64,000 nucleotides of DNA from Amoebophrya sp. A120. Its lineage: Eukaryota; Protista; Dinoflagellata. The notes under the pieces are model-generated. The model was given only the letters and a program-made list of their open reading frames with translations, made no database searches and was not told where the DNA came from. Shown in pieces: positions 1-12,735 of this stretch; position 1 is the stretch's first letter; the number at the start of each line of letters is the position of its first letter. The stretch covers positions 7,632,771 through 7,696,770 of the forward strand of contig CAJINV010000004.1 of the NCBI GenBank assembly GCA_905178155.1. Reading direction: 5' to 3'. The position numbers and the translations under genes are program-made.

Positions 1-224
1 TCCCGCAGCCGCACCAGTTGAAGATGCAGTGCCCGGTGGGGCCGCTTCCGCCTGCAAATTCGCATTATTACTTCCCGCAGCCGCACCAGTTGAAGACGCA
101 GTGCCCGGTGGGGCCGCGTCCGCCTGCAAATTCGCATTATTACTTCCCGCAGCCGCACCAGTTGAAGATGCAGTGCCCGGTGGGGCCGCGTCCGCCTGCA
201 AATTCGCATTATTACTTCCCGCAG
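1..224. repeat. 72-bp tandem repeat (~3.1 units) encoding a 24-aa repeat on the minus strand
   Basis: Unit TCCCGCAGCCGCACCAGTTGAAGA...CATTATTACT starts at 1, 73, 145 and 217 (partial). Minus frame is open (AGSNNANLQADAAPPGTASSTGAA) and runs off the window. Confidence 0.9.
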
Positions 225-478
225 ATGACCCACTGCTTGATGACGACGAAGACGATGAAGACGAGCTGTTCTTCGGGTGCGCCATCTTCGCAGCCTTTTG
301 CCTGTTCGTATCGCCCTTTTCCGTGTCATGGCTCCGGCTTCTCTTTTTACCCACTCCGACATTCGCGATAGAGCTCGACGGCATTGCCGCAGCCGCGAGC
401 GCAGACGTCTCCGGGGTCATTAAAAGGGTTAAGTCCCCGTTGCTCGCAAACCTGGAAGCCATTGATATCAGAATAAAC
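1..478 (-). CDS. Partial exon of a hypothetical Ser/Ala-rich repeat protein, running off the left end
   Basis: Stop-free minus frame from ~478 to 1 (MASRFASNGDL...SSSSSG + repeats), preceded by a pyrimidine tract and AG. Confidence 0.5.
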
Positions 479-666
479 TTGCGAAAAATAAGATAGAAGG
501 TACGATGAGAATGAAGAGGAGATTTTTCCATGACTACAGCAAAAGAACAACCAAGAAAAACTGCACTCTAGTCAACATAGATATACTTTGGGAGCGACCC
601 CTTTTTCTTGCAGATGTCGGGAAACAATCTGTGGAGCCGTTCCTCCATGAGGTCTTTTTTCAGCAT

Positions 667-1404
667 TCAGCGGTTGCCCCAACAGATCTGTCCGATGATG
701 TTCTTCAGAAAAGTTTCGGCTCGCTTCGCCACTGCCATGTGCTCAACGCTGCTTTCCACGACATTACCGTTCACGCCTTGGATCAGTTTGCTGTGTTTGT
801 CCTGTTTCCCGGCAAAAGTGTCCTGTTTCCCGGCAAGAGTGTCCTGTTTCCCGGCCAGCGTGTCCTGTTTCTCGGCAACCTGATCCAACTTTTCCGCCAT
901 TTTGGCGAAATGCTCCAGGATCTGATCCAGTGTCTTCTGCTGGCTCGCTTTGTCCTCTTGATTATCGTTTGGTGCGTTTTTGGATGAGGTGGATGGGGTG
1001 GTCAACAGCTCAAAAATTTGTTCCAGTAGTTTCTGTTGCTTCGCCAAGTCGTCTTTTGTCGGTGGCTCCGAGGATGCCCGCCCCGTGGACGCTGTCCTAC
1101 TCGATGAGGCGCTGTTGCTCGACTTCGCGATCGCCAGAATTTCCCGCACGTTTTCTGCGATGTCCGATTGTTCTCTGCTAACCAGCCGCCCACCTTGCAT
1201 TATTGTTTGCTGGTTTAGCAGGAGTTTGTTCATCGTTTTCTGCACATCCTCCGCGTCCATCGAACGCATCGACTTGACTTTCGCCCGTGCTCGGATCAAA
1301 TTTCTCACGAACAGCCGTTTTCCTGGCAGAAAGGGCTGGATTCCTTCGCGGTCCGCATTAAAGTTCCGTTCCCGGGAGAACGCCTTCCACAGGGCCATGT
1401 ACAT
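667..1404 (-). CDS. Hypothetical coiled-coil protein exon with heptad (AGKQDTL) repeats
   Basis: 245-aa ORF with 21-bp tandem repeats at ~790-880. Probably an internal part of a spliced gene that includes 1780-2241. Confidence 0.55.
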   Translation of the reverse strand: MYMALWKAFSRERNFNADREGIQPFLPGKRLFVRNLIRARAKVKSMRSMDAEDVQKTMNKLLLNQQTIMQGGRLVSREQSDIAENVREILAIAKSSNSASSSRTASTGRASSEPPTKDDLAKQQKLLEQIFELLTTPSTSSKNAPNDNQEDKASQQKTLDQILEHFAKMAEKLDQVAEKQDTLAGKQDTLAGKQDTFAGKQDKHSKLIQGVNGNVVESSVEHMAVAKRAETFLKNIIGQICWGNR

Positions 1405-1779
1405 CTCATCCTCCCGCGAGTATGCAGCGAAATCATGATGTTCTCCTACGAGCTCTTCACTGGGCTAATGAAACAGTATATACCTTTAGAGGAACTACAA
1501 CTGCTTCTGCAAATAGAAGGAATAGGAAATAATGACGTGATCGCTATTCCTTTGCGTTTGCACAGGAAGAAGTCGTCGTGCTAGGAGAACATTACTTGCT
1601 CATTTGGATAATTTGAGCGTGCCGCCATAGAAACCGTCCGGCATCAAAATGAGCTCCGTGTCCTTTTCCTCGCTGTTGGGGTCAGCTCCTGTCGTGGTGG
1701 AGTTGGATTGGGAATCTACATACACAATCAACAAATGCGCCACCGAAATAAAAGGAAATTCCGCATCCGAACACCATCA

Positions 1780-2241
1780 TTATACTTTACATACGGAGAT
1801 CGACGAACAACAATACTGAATACCTGTCCATGTGATCATCGTCTTCAACAAGCTTTGTCTTTCTTCGGCATTCGTGCTGTCTAAACGGGCTTGCAAAAAG
1901 TCTTTTGCGAAGTTCCACCCCCGCCGGCCGAGTTCGCGGAGAAGCTCGTGGTATGTGTCGGGCAGATCTGAGTCCTGTCGTGGAGAAGGTTGCGACTTTC
2001 GCTCCGCGTCAGCACGGGGGGTGTGCCCCGTAGTATCACCTTGATCGTTCGTGGAGTCAATCGTCTGGACGTGCTCGTCCGCCTCCGCCTCTGCCACGAG
2101 TAGCGTAGCATTATTGTCCTGAGCTTTATTCCCGGAGTCATCAAGCGTCTTCACGCGCTCGTCCGTGATGGGTACCGTGGCCTCCTCGCACGGATCGTTC
2201 CCTGAGTCAGGGCTCGGGTTCTGCACCTGTTCGTCAGGCAT
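1780..2241 (-). CDS. Hypothetical acidic protein exon, probably 5' part of the gene above
   Basis: 153-aa ATG-initiated ORF with a plausible GT donor near 1823. Confidence 0.4.
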   Translation of the reverse strand: MPDEQVQNPSPDSGNDPCEEATVPITDERVKTLDDSGNKAQDNNATLLVAEAEADEHVQTIDSTNDQGDTTGHTPRADAERKSQPSPRQDSDLPDTYHELLRELGRRGWNFAKDFLQARLDSTNAEERQSLLKTMITWTGIQYCCSSISVCKV

Positions 2242-3104
2242 TGTAACGAAGTAGTTGATGTTGAGAAGCGCTGAATGGGTGTGGATGCTGTCTCAATCTT
2301 TTTACAGTTCTGCTTCTGTCTTCGAACGGACAATAAACCGCTTCTATCTTCTCTACTGTATGATTTCGCCCACGGTTGCGACGAAGACGATCAACAAAAA
2401 GAGCACCTTCTACTTTTTTGAAAACGTCGAGGCGTGTGAAGGAGTGCACAGGAAGGCGGTTTCGGGCAGCCACGGCAGCCGATATCTGCGGAACCTTACT
2501 GGGTCGTAAAAACGGCGCACACACGACGTTGTCGTTGACGAAGCGTAACGAGGCACGATACGACCCTTGCGATCAAAGACAAAACCAGTTGTGCGGCGAG
2601 GCACAAAAAATGTTTAATAATTCTTCCCAACGAATACCGCTCTCTCTCGTTTTCAAACATCGAACGCAGTCGACGAAGGTATACTACACGATGATTGATC
2701 CTACGGTGCGATGACATTGAAATAGACGAAGGAAAGCGGGTAGTATTTCATCACGGATCGAAGATGAGCAGTACCGGATCCTAGCCGCACTTAACTGCGC
2801 TCTGATATCATGATCACCAAACCATTTCTAGATCGCTTTCACAGCATTCGTTCTCCACTGTATAGGCGGTTCAGGTGAACAAGTCCTTATTCTCGTTCAA
2901 TCATTTTGGAGTATTTTGGATGAAAACTTTGAACGTCAAAAAGCGGCCGCTTGAAGAAAAGACATTCTCAACGCGCGAGGCCCATAATGTTCCTAGTGAC
3001 CACGGCGCCGACGTTAGCGGCCGAAACGAAAACCCAACTAGGGGAAAAGGTGAAGACGGCACCAATTTTCGGGGAAAAGGTGACGGTCTTTGAAGATGAC
3101 ACCA

Positions 3105-3250
3105 ATTTTCGTCAAACCAAGCCCGCTCGCAGAAAAGCTCGGAAACATCGGGCACACACGAAACATTCCAAAACACAACGGCGCCGCGGATGCGAACGAT
3201 CTCGCGGGGCCTGGCCCGCGATCCGTTCCGGATCTCCTCTACGGTGGTTC
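3105..3250 (-). pseudogene. Degenerate fragment of the neighbouring DUF285/BspA-like gene
   Basis: GTTVEEIRNGSRARPREIVRIRGAVVFWNVSCVPDVSELF aligns with GTTAEEIQNESRAHLREIVCVRGPFVSWNVSLVPDVSELF at ~6060-6210. Similarity stops abruptly on both sides. Confidence 0.7.
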
Positions 3251-5283
3251 CTCGTCCACTCTGTTGCACTTACAGACAGCCGCAAGACTGCTAGAAAAAG
3301 CACGCGGACTGCCAGGGCGAGAGGATGAGAAGCCGGCGGGTCCGCCAGGCAACTCGACATGCGCCCGACAAGCTACACGCGGTCGTCAGAGTGATTAGCT
3401 CCTCGTGCGTGCACCCGCAGGACCCACCCGCTACTTAATTCGCAGGTCACGCCGCCTTTCCAGGCACCGCCAGGGGGCGCTTGCAAGATCGCAGATTCGG
3501 CAGCGTTCCGCCGCCTACCCGCGCGTTGTTACCCTTTGCGGAAAAATCTAAAGGAGGGTAGCCAGAATACGTCTGCTAAATACGGCAACTCGGGTAAAAA
3601 AAGCAACCACGAAGCACATGTCGTCTCTCAACCCTTTTTGTGCTCAGGACTGGTTCAATACAGCAAACTCCAATCTGGCGACAGCAGAGAACGTTAAAAA
3701 CATCACTCAACACAGATGACAATGCGCGCGCAGGCAAATACGGCTTCTACTGGTTTTGCCAGAAACTGATTGCAAGGACAAGTGTTGTCTTGTTTTCGCT
3801 CAACAAACAATAGCCAAGCAACAGAACATCAGGACAAGAAGGAGCAACCTTGGTAGCGGGGCGCCTACGTTTTTCGCGCTACCGGAGATTTTTAACCATG
3901 TTCCGCATTGATGTAACACTGAAGCGGCACGCCTTGGGCGCCGCCCACGCCCGGAGCAGCCGCGGGCCCGGGGCAACAATGGGCCCGGCGCAGACTGTAC
4001 GAACGCCACGCGACCCGCCCGGACGGCGCATCGCAAGCAACGCAGCAGGGCGGGGCCCCGTAGACCACGAAGTCGGCCCGGGGCGGCTGCACATCGTACG
4101 GCAGCCAAGGTACTGGAAGGGGGGCGCAGCGCGGCCCCCGCTCGTGACTAGAGTAACGGCCAGCCAGCGCGCGCCCCAGTGGCCGGCCGGGTGGCAGGGG
4201 AGGGAGCCCAAAGCGCGCGCCGCTGGATCCGTGACGCCGCGCGCGCCCTCGCAGAAAGCGCCCGCGGCGCGGCCAAGGCGGGCCAATAAGCACCGCGGGG
4301 CTTCGAGGTGGGGCCGGCCCGGCCGGCCCTTTCCATGTTCGGCGCGCCCATACGCTGCGGCTCCATAAAATGGACCAAACTGTCGGCCCGGCGCAGCTTG
4401 ACCACCTCCAACGCCCCGGAACGCTGCTGGAAGCCGCTGACCGCTGATCACGATTCGGCGCTAGAACTGGAGGCACAGTTCGGAGTAATGCGGCGTCGCC
4501 ATCATGTCTGGTCTCGTCCCACAATACCTAGACAAAAAAATCTTCCCTCTTTGATTCCGCTGTTTGTTTTGGCGAATGGTGCGAGACGCCTACGCGACGT
4601 AACTTCTCAAGTCCCGGATTACCTGTTGTGCAACCTGATATCGCAACGAGATTTACCACGCACGAAGAAACGAAAGAAGCGAGCTTCATACATTGCCCTC
4701 AAGCTCCAGTTTCGCAACAACACAATAAAGCGCGGATAGGTTTCAAAGTCAAACTCAACGCGCACACAATGAATAGGTGCTCGCAGTTCCCTGGCTCTGA
4801 ATTCTCTCAGCCTTGCTGCTGTTTTGTCCGTGTCTCTTCTCGGCGCAGCAGCGTAAAAGCATTAGAAGAGGAACAACTACAAGAAAGATGACGTAGTTTG
4901 TCATGCGCTTTTCAACGAATAAATTTGATGCTTTTATCGCCCGATAATCCGTCAATGGAAAAGTAGAACTACAATGGCATCAAATCCCAGACACAACTGT
5001 GCTTAAGTACCACCATCATTTTCATCAACTCCTGGTCGCAAGACTAATCTCATTGTGCGTGTAGTGGGCTTCGTGGAGTACTGTGGTATAAGTAATGCTA
5101 TTTGTCCTTCGCGGCAAGTGATTCACCGTGTCCAGAACATGAAATTTTGCTGCTCTTCGTTCGGGATCTTCGAACTTCTCTCTTCGTTCGGGATCGAACT
5201 TCTTATATCACAATCAACCACTACACCCCACACCGGCTGCAGTTCGTGACTGCGAGCTGGGACATCATCACACATCTCACTGA

Positions 5284-6906
5284 TCATGATTCATCTTGGA
5301 GTGCTTGTGCGAGTTGCTTGCGGAGCCACTCTTGTGCGTCGGCAAGGTCCTTCAGTACCTTCTCACGCTGGTGCCGCGGCCACTGCGCCAAAGTGTGGGA
5401 GAAGTTGGCACACCGAATTAGCATCCGGAAAACATTTGCATTTTCGTGCACCTGCCACCCGCTGATGTCACCATCGAAGGGCAAGGAGTCGAGGTGGTCC
5501 CCATTGAACATGTAACTGAAATCCCGCACCCGGCGCACGTCCCAAGAACTCAAGTCTTGGTTGAACTTGACACAGTCGTAAAACATGCTGGTCATCGTCT
5601 GTACGCTCGACACGTCCCAGCCGCCCAGCGGCTGGTCGAACTCCCTACACTTTGCGAAAAGATATGGAAGAGAAGCCCGTCCGCTACTAGAGGGACTTAA
5701 TACCACTCACTTGTTCATCCGATTGGCACTGTGATGTACTCAGTGGTGCTTCAAACAGTATGATCAAGCGTACCAAGATGACGAAAAACTTTGTCTAGCA
5801 GTACTTATCTCCATTATGCAGACAGTTGTAGTGGCGGGACGAGAGCCAGATTTTTTATGCAGTACCATGGACTCCATCCGCTGCACGTTCGCCACGTTCC
5901 AGCTTCCAATGGGTTGGTTGAAGCGAGAGCAGCTGTCAAACATGTAACTCATGTCTGTCACGCAACTGACGTCCCAGTGCGAGATATCACTGTTGAATTC
6001 GGAGCACTGATCAAACAGCGAGGTCATCCTCGTGCACCCGCCGACCCGCCAGTCTGCAATGTTTTCGTTGAACCAAGGCAGCGGGCGGAAAAGCTCGGAA
6101 ACATCGGGCACGAGCGAAACATTCCAAGACACAAAGGGGCCGCGGACACAGACGATCTCGCGGAGGTGGGCCCGCGACTCATTCTGGATCTCCTCCGCGG
6201 TGGTTCCCGGCGGAAACGCTCGAAAAAAACCCTCCCAAAAAGGATCACCTTCGCGCGGCGAGAAGGAGCATCCCGCCAGGGCGATCACCGCATCGTCCAG
6301 CGTGGCCCGGTCGGGAAAGGGTTCGCTGGGCAGCAAGTAGAACTTGAAAGGGTCCTCGACAGCAAGTGCTTCCGCCACATTGATGAGAAAGTCCGGCGAC
6401 TTCGCGGTCCGATCATACTCGACGAGCAGGTGCCGGTAGGCCACGTTCTCTTCGCTGCAACGGGCAGACAAGCTGTTGCTGTCCGCATCGGACATCCTGT
6501 CCTTCCGGTCCTCCGGCATATCACGGTCTGTTTCGGCCATCACGAGGAAGTCAGCATCTTCCTTGTCACCGCTTGGCGGAGCGGCATACGGTCTGCTCTC
6601 CTTGCCCTCCAGCTCGGTGCCAGCGCCGTCGTCCGTAACAGGAGGCTTTGCGTCATCTCCCGCTTGGGTGGGCGCCAGGCAGCTGGACAGGAGCAGGTGC
6701 TCTCGATCTTCGCGCACACAGATCTCCACGCGTTGGTATGCGTACAGCCCAGGGTCCTCCTGGTTCCGGTCTTTCGCGTCCGCTTTGGCAATCAGCCGCT
6801 TCAAATCGTCTATCGAGATGAATTGCTGCTCTTGTCCGAGGTCGAACTCGAGCTCGTTCCCGGAAACGAGGTTCCGCAGGGTGAGGATCCGTGACTCAGT
6901 TGCCAT
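5284..6906 (-). CDS. DUF285/BspA-like repeat protein (W-D-V-S-x-V-x-x-M-x-x-M-F repeats), 2 exons, possible N-terminal ubiquitin-like domain
   Basis: Repeats WDVSCVTDMSYMFDSCSRFNQPIGSWNV and FDQPLGGWDVSSVQTMTSMFYDCVKFNQDLSSWDV. ATG at 6906, GT donor at 5865, acceptor near 5650-5690 not resolved. Confidence 0.8.
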
Positions 6907-8124
6907 TTCTGTTTTGATATGGCTGTTGTTTTCACGAAACACGCTACCACCCAATACATCAGCCGTTTTGTTCACTGTAGAAAACCCGGCTTAGTACGAG
7001 CGGGGTCGGGGTGAGACAGTTCGGCATAAGAATCTTTCCATACTTACAGCGACAGAAAAAAGCTTCTCATACGATTTGATCATCATGATCGTCATCATCA
7101 TCTATCCTGCGTGGGGCGTTGCGCAGAGGATTAAAAATGGGGCCTGTTCACGTGTCCAAAGTTCGTTCTCGATTTACTAGGGACTAGCTTTCATCATCGC
7201 TCTCAATTCTCGTTTCCATCTTCACGTCTAAATTTCGTCGTTGCGAATGCTAATGACGAATCCCGGGAACAAATCGCTCCTGCTTCTACATGTGGTCTCA
7301 TCTCGCTAGTGCACTCGGAACCGACCAGCAACGAAAATGCGGAAACCGAACGAGCGCCTTCTATTCGTGCTGGTCTACCAACCTGGACTACAAATGAACT
7401 CAGCGTCGGCAAGAACCCTTCCGATCTGCTCATTGCTGAAGCTGAACCCGAAAGAAACATAAGAGCAGTGCGTTCCCTCAAACTTTGTAGCGCCGTCGCT
7501 CCATTAGACCCAGCGTAGAGTAGAAGAACAGTGGTGTAACTTTCAACATCCGCTTGCCAAATACTTTTCCTACAGCAGCTCGGATTTTAGCTTGGGTATT
7601 CTTGTTTCAGAGTTTGTTCTACTTCGCGCTAAGCGATGATCTTCTTCTAATGCGTGAAGGTAGATGAGCGTATAGGTTGGTGCGACATTTCAGCTAACGA
7701 GCCGCAGCACGTCGGAGCAACGACACCGTTTTTCATTCACGACTGGTGATAGATTCTTCCACATGTGAGCAGAAGCTGAAGCAAAAGCATCCATCATCTG
7801 CATGTGATGGTACAGAAGCAAGTTTACTTCTTACTACGTCGCCGTGTCATCAGTGTTCTTCGCGGTGTTCTGACCCCATCACATCTTGCTTCGAGCAGAG
7901 GTTTACTTCCAACTTTGAGCACGAGAAGTGAATTACTGCTTCCTGCTCGTCTTCCCTTCGTCGCAGTCGCATCGCAGAAGGTAGAGAAGACCCTAGTTGT
8001 ATCGCAAGAGGACGAGACTGTGGAACAGGTGACAAAAACCCAGGGACCACGACGACCGTGGAAACTGAACACTACCTCCTGTCAGCACCAGCACGCTGTC
8101 GGCCTCACTAAACCGCTTTCTCCC

Positions 8125-10834
8125 TCACCCCACTTTCTTCACGATCTCCACCACGTCTCCATCTTCCAGAAGGTGGTCCTTCCCGACGGTCTGTGGGTTG
8201 TGCTTCGTGCTGGCATATCAAATGCAAATATGTCTGGGTCTGGAAGAGTGCATGTTTGGCATGCTTGTCTGGCATGACTCTTTAAATCTGTCATGCACGT
8301 TCGGCCAGAGTCCCATTTTTCTGTCATGCAGAAACGCAGTCTGTCATGCAGAGTAGGCAACACCTAGAAGCTCAGAAACTTGTCATGCTGAGCCAGCACT
8401 TGTGGCCTCCTCATGATACGCCACCCAGCATCACAAGTTTCCAGACCCAGACATTTTTGCATTTGATATGGCACCCCACACCAGTGCGTGTTTGAACTGC
8501 TCGAGGAGGGTCTTGTGGATTTTCAAACAGAAGTCCTCTCCTATCCTATGTAAAAACATCCTCACCCCATAGTCAAGATGGGCGGCATCTCGCAACACAA
8601 ATCCAGAAGCTTTGGCAGTCACACATGACAAGTTGCAGTCCGTATTGTAGTGCAGGTTGGCGAGGACAGCCGCATTACAAATGAGTCTGCTCATCCTGTT
8701 TACAGCATTACAAAGTCCAAAACACGACTGGAAATGCCTATCATGGAGAAGCGCATCACAAATGTTTTTGTCATTGCAAATCTGCATGACAACTCTGGGG
8801 TGGGGACGTTTTCACTCAGGATATCTACCCGTCGGTGCTTCTTGCTCAAAATGACCGGTTCGGCGAAATTATGAACTGCAAAAGTATCGTATTCGTATAA
8901 ATGCATTGCAAATTTCTTCAGCATGAGAAATAAAGTTCGTAATGCGGATTTGCCTTAAGAAAAAGATTTGTAATGCAAGACTTGCATTCATAGGAATACG
9001 ATACTTTTGCACAGGATAGAAATCCGGGTTGCACTGCTTTGGCTTCGTGAAACAACGGACAAGGTCCATGCGTCGCCACATGCGCCTGATTTTTATAGTG
9101 GTGCTGGTGCATAGAAAGGGACAGGGGGTAAATAAAACGAAAGAAAAAAGAAAAATGAGAACGGCTAAATGTGAATTTGTCATGCTGCTGCTGGTAGAAA
9201 AATAATAAATAAAGTGGATTTATGAAAAGAAATACTCGATGAGCATGTCCAGACACCACTGCTCGCTGGCGCAGATGGGCACCATGTTGGGATCCTCATG
9301 CATCAGCTGGAGCTCCTCTTGTGATATCAGGTCCACTTTGTTCATCAGATACAGGCAGGAAACGTACTTCCGGTTGTTTTCAAACACGTCAATGACCTCG
9401 TCAATGGTTGCGTTGCAGGCAATGTGGATGTTGGCGTTTATTATCCTGTATTCCTTCGCAATTTGGGCCACCGTCTCGATGTCGGTGTCAATCAGTTCGC
9501 AGCCCTGCTTCACATTCACCGTGATACCACCTTTTGATGGTTTTGACAAATTCAATTAGTATGTCGGCCGGGGAATAATTTTGCGTCGTGTAGTAGTCCT
9601 TGTCATAGTACACTGCGTCGTTTACTAAACAAGAACAATTATCGTCAGTACCATGCTTCAGATGAAAGCTGTCATGCGTGAAGAAGAGGAAGATAAAATT
9701 GAAAATGATTTCAATAAGCATCAAAACCAGTGAATTTGTCATGCGTGGTAAGTAATTGTATACCGTAATACATAACATTTAATACCTTTATCCCCTTTCA
9801 CAATTGTTATGTTTGGTCGCGCTTTGTTTAGCCGCATGCCAAATCCGTACAACTCCTTCTCGATTTTCTGCCGTATGCTCCAGGGTTTGCTGCTGTCCAG
9901 CACCACGAGTATCAAGGAGCAGGTCATGGCAACGGAGATAATCTGCTTACCGCGCCCCTTCCCGTCCTTTGCGCCCTCGATAATTCCGGGAAGATCCAGC
10001 ACCTGCACCTTCGCGCCCTTGTACGTGAACGTGCCCGGGATACAAGTCAACGTCGTGAACTCGTATCTGATTTAGTAGGAACAGATTACTAGCATACCGA
10101 TTTTCATAGGAAACTAAAGCAATAGAAAGCACCCTAGTACTAGTACTTTGCATATAATATACAAACCGTAGAACATATTACAACAGACACCACACCATGA
10201 ACAACATCCAATCAAAACCACAAAAAACATCATTATACGATGCGACTTCGGACTCCGCGCCGGTGAGCCGGTTCAACAGTGTTGACTTCCCGACGGAGGG
10301 GAATCCGATCAATCCCACGCGCGCGTTTCCCGTATCAAAAGGAAAAATCCCCCCTCCCCATATCGAAAACGAAGTTTGTGATACTGTATCTGAGTACACA
10401 AATCGACTTGTATTGCAGCTAGAAGGCCGAGCGACGCAGTTGTCGCCTCGTTTGCAGGCAATTTGTCATGCTGTTTCTCACTTCCAGCTGCTTCCTGTCA
10501 TGCTGAGGGCGCAAGGCTCTCCCACGCCACCCAGCACTACAGTGTCTACATCTTTTCCCTGGTAGCATGACTATGCTGATTTGTGATCACAAATCTGCAT
10601 CACAGATTTCCGTTTTGATACAAGGTGGGGGCATTTTTCATTGTAGTATCCCGTCGCTTTTACCTCGAAGCCCTGGCCGCCGCCCCCGCCGGATTTCGAG
10701 GCCTCAGCCATCACCTCGCCGCGCAGCTTCGCGAGCTTGGCTTTGAGCAGACCCAGATGGCCGTTGGTGGCCTTGTTCTTCTGGGTCCGGGCCATCTCAT
10801 TCTCGATGTCTGCAATGCGCTGGAGCACCGACAT
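8125..10834 (-). CDS. DRG1: Developmentally regulated GTP-binding protein (OBG family), 8 exons
   Basis: Motifs [47 protein letters not shown] and [11 protein letters not shown]. Three GT-AG introns (10067-10238, 9531-9785, 9086-9235) plus four TIR elements whose removal with one TSD restores the frame. Stop TGA 8125-8127. Confidence 0.95.
8216..8468. mobile_element. Introner, family A (TIR core TGCAAAWATGTCTGGGTCTGGAA)
   Basis: TSD TGGCA/TGGCA; in DRG1. Confidence 0.95.
8542..8823. mobile_element. Introner, family B (TIR core AAAAACGTCCCCACCCC)
   Basis: TSD TCTCC/TCTAC; in DRG1. Confidence 0.92.
8870..9018. mobile_element. Introner, family C (TIR core TGCAAAAGTATCGTA)
   Basis: TSD GAAAT/GAAAT; in DRG1. 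Confidence 0.95.
10333..10648. mobile_element. Introner, family D (TIR core GAAAAATCCCCCCTCCCC)
   Basis: TSD TCCCG/TCCCG; in DRG1. Confidence 0.93.
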
Positions 10835-12735
10835 GGTTGGGTAAGATTATAGGAGGCGTTAACAGTAAGTAAAAAAGGGCTTCTCAGGAATAAACGCAGG
10901 CAACAAGTGAAATTTCGATTTCCGACGTATCTTCGAAGGGACGAACTTTTAAAAGTTGCGATAACGCAGTTTACTTTTAAAAGTTTTTTCGCTTATTTTC
11001 ACACTATTAGGAGTGGGTGTCGTCGTAGATCTAGATGCTTTGGTCAATGGCAAAAGTCGCTTTATCTATTAAACTGTGGTAACGCAATGTATGCGATGAA
11101 TCGCTATAGTACGTGAGACCATGACTCTTACTTTACTTTGTCGCTGCCATCTACTGCTATTAAAAATCATTTTCAGAAGTCTTTGAAAAAGAAACAAAGA
11201 GGGTGCAGCTCAAGCTTCCATTTTTATGTTTGTCCACGTGCGGGAAAACTGTGAAGAGAATGGCTCTGATTTGCCTATGCTTATGCTTTCCTAGACCACT
11301 ACAATTTATTTTCGAAGATCCTCTAGGGCCACAGAAATCCGCAGTTCGAGCTGGCTGTCTGATCTACACCTTCGCTACGCTCCATCAATGCGCGTTCCTC
11401 CATCGGGGCCGTCTTGCTGATCGTTCTTTCTTCGTGCTGATACTATAATCGGCATAGCCGTGTACTAGACAAGGGCAATTAACTGGCATTATCCTAAACT
11501 CGTACTCGATCGCAACACTGCATTGATTTCCAATGAGAATAAACGGAATTTCACGAACTTTGACATAAAAAAGTTGAAAATAATGAGGAACAGGAACAGC
11601 TGCTGCTTTTTCTTCCTTGTTCACAATAAATCAAAGAACATCCGATCCGAGAACACTCGGCTGATGTCAAATTTATGCAGGAGCTTCTTGCTTTTGACAC
11701 GTGTGTCTTCAGATACGATCTTGGGCACACGTCAAAGCTAAGGCAAGCCTGCAGCTTCGCTGCTCGCCGTGCTCGACGAGGCTTTTCCTCTTTGACCTGA
11801 AAATTGTTCCAGTTTTACGAAGAAACGTCTTCGTACTTGTCATGAGGCCTGTCAGAGGCGAAGGTTTTTTATTGCGTTTGCGTGTGGAGAAAAATGGTAG
11901 ATCTTGTAGGAAAAAGGCGGTTTTTGATGTTCAGATGCGGCAATTATGTTGTCCTGGTGCCAGATTTCACTCTCAGTGTCAAGCCGGTTGGTTCCGCATC
12001 ACCAGAGGTACTAGCGCGGGGTAACATAAGGATGCAGATGCACGCGCACCAGTGCATTTGCATTATCGTCCAAAACCATACCTATAATAGACACTGGTAG
12101 AGTACTGCTATTGCTACCTGTGCTACCTGTACCTACTTGTGCATCTTCTTATAAGCCACTTCGCTGCAACAGAAGTCACGTTGCTGGCACGATTTTTTTG
12201 AGGTAAAACAAGAGGTTGCACCTCTACCTCCTGGGAAATCCTCGGACAAGAACTCCCTTTATATACACGCCGGCGCATTGGTCCTCGTGCTGCAACTACT
12301 CTCATGTGGTGCTTCTAAATGTGGTGGCAAAAAAATGGTGGCCGATGAAATGTGGTGCTAAATGTGCTCAATGTTGTTGTGGTAAAAAATTCGGTTCAAC
12401 GAGATAAGTATTGAACGAGGACCCATGATAATCAATAGGTCCTATTCGTTCTCTTTAAATTGTTGAGGTTGACTCAGTTGTACAGCAGTAGCTTTAGTAC
12501 TCCTTGTAGTTGCAAGAGTACTTCTACACCGACCTACTCTCTGCGCCGCCAGAGGGCAGGGTCTGTACATCGAAACAATGAGAAGACCTCACCAGCTCCA
12601 GCAACTCAGGTGACGAGATGAAAGACGGTGTTAAAAATGAGTTACTCTTTACGGTACTAGCACACCTAGCAGATGAGAAAGTACTCCTGCTGCGGCACAA
12701 ATCACGAAGATTTTCGTTGCACCACGGCACAGAGC

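Noticed and set aside
3400-4530. GC-rich block with overlapping ORFs, possible mobile element
   Set aside because: No terminal repeats, TSD or recognisable protein motif found. The ORFs are expected from GC content.
5791-6894. Long plus-strand ORF (367 aa), and similar antisense ORFs elsewhere
   Set aside because: Antisense shadows of minus-strand genes.
8125-10834. DRG1 (and RPLP0) as transposon-disrupted pseudogenes
   Set aside because: All exons are intact and in frame with conserved motifs, with no stops or frameshifts after precise removal.
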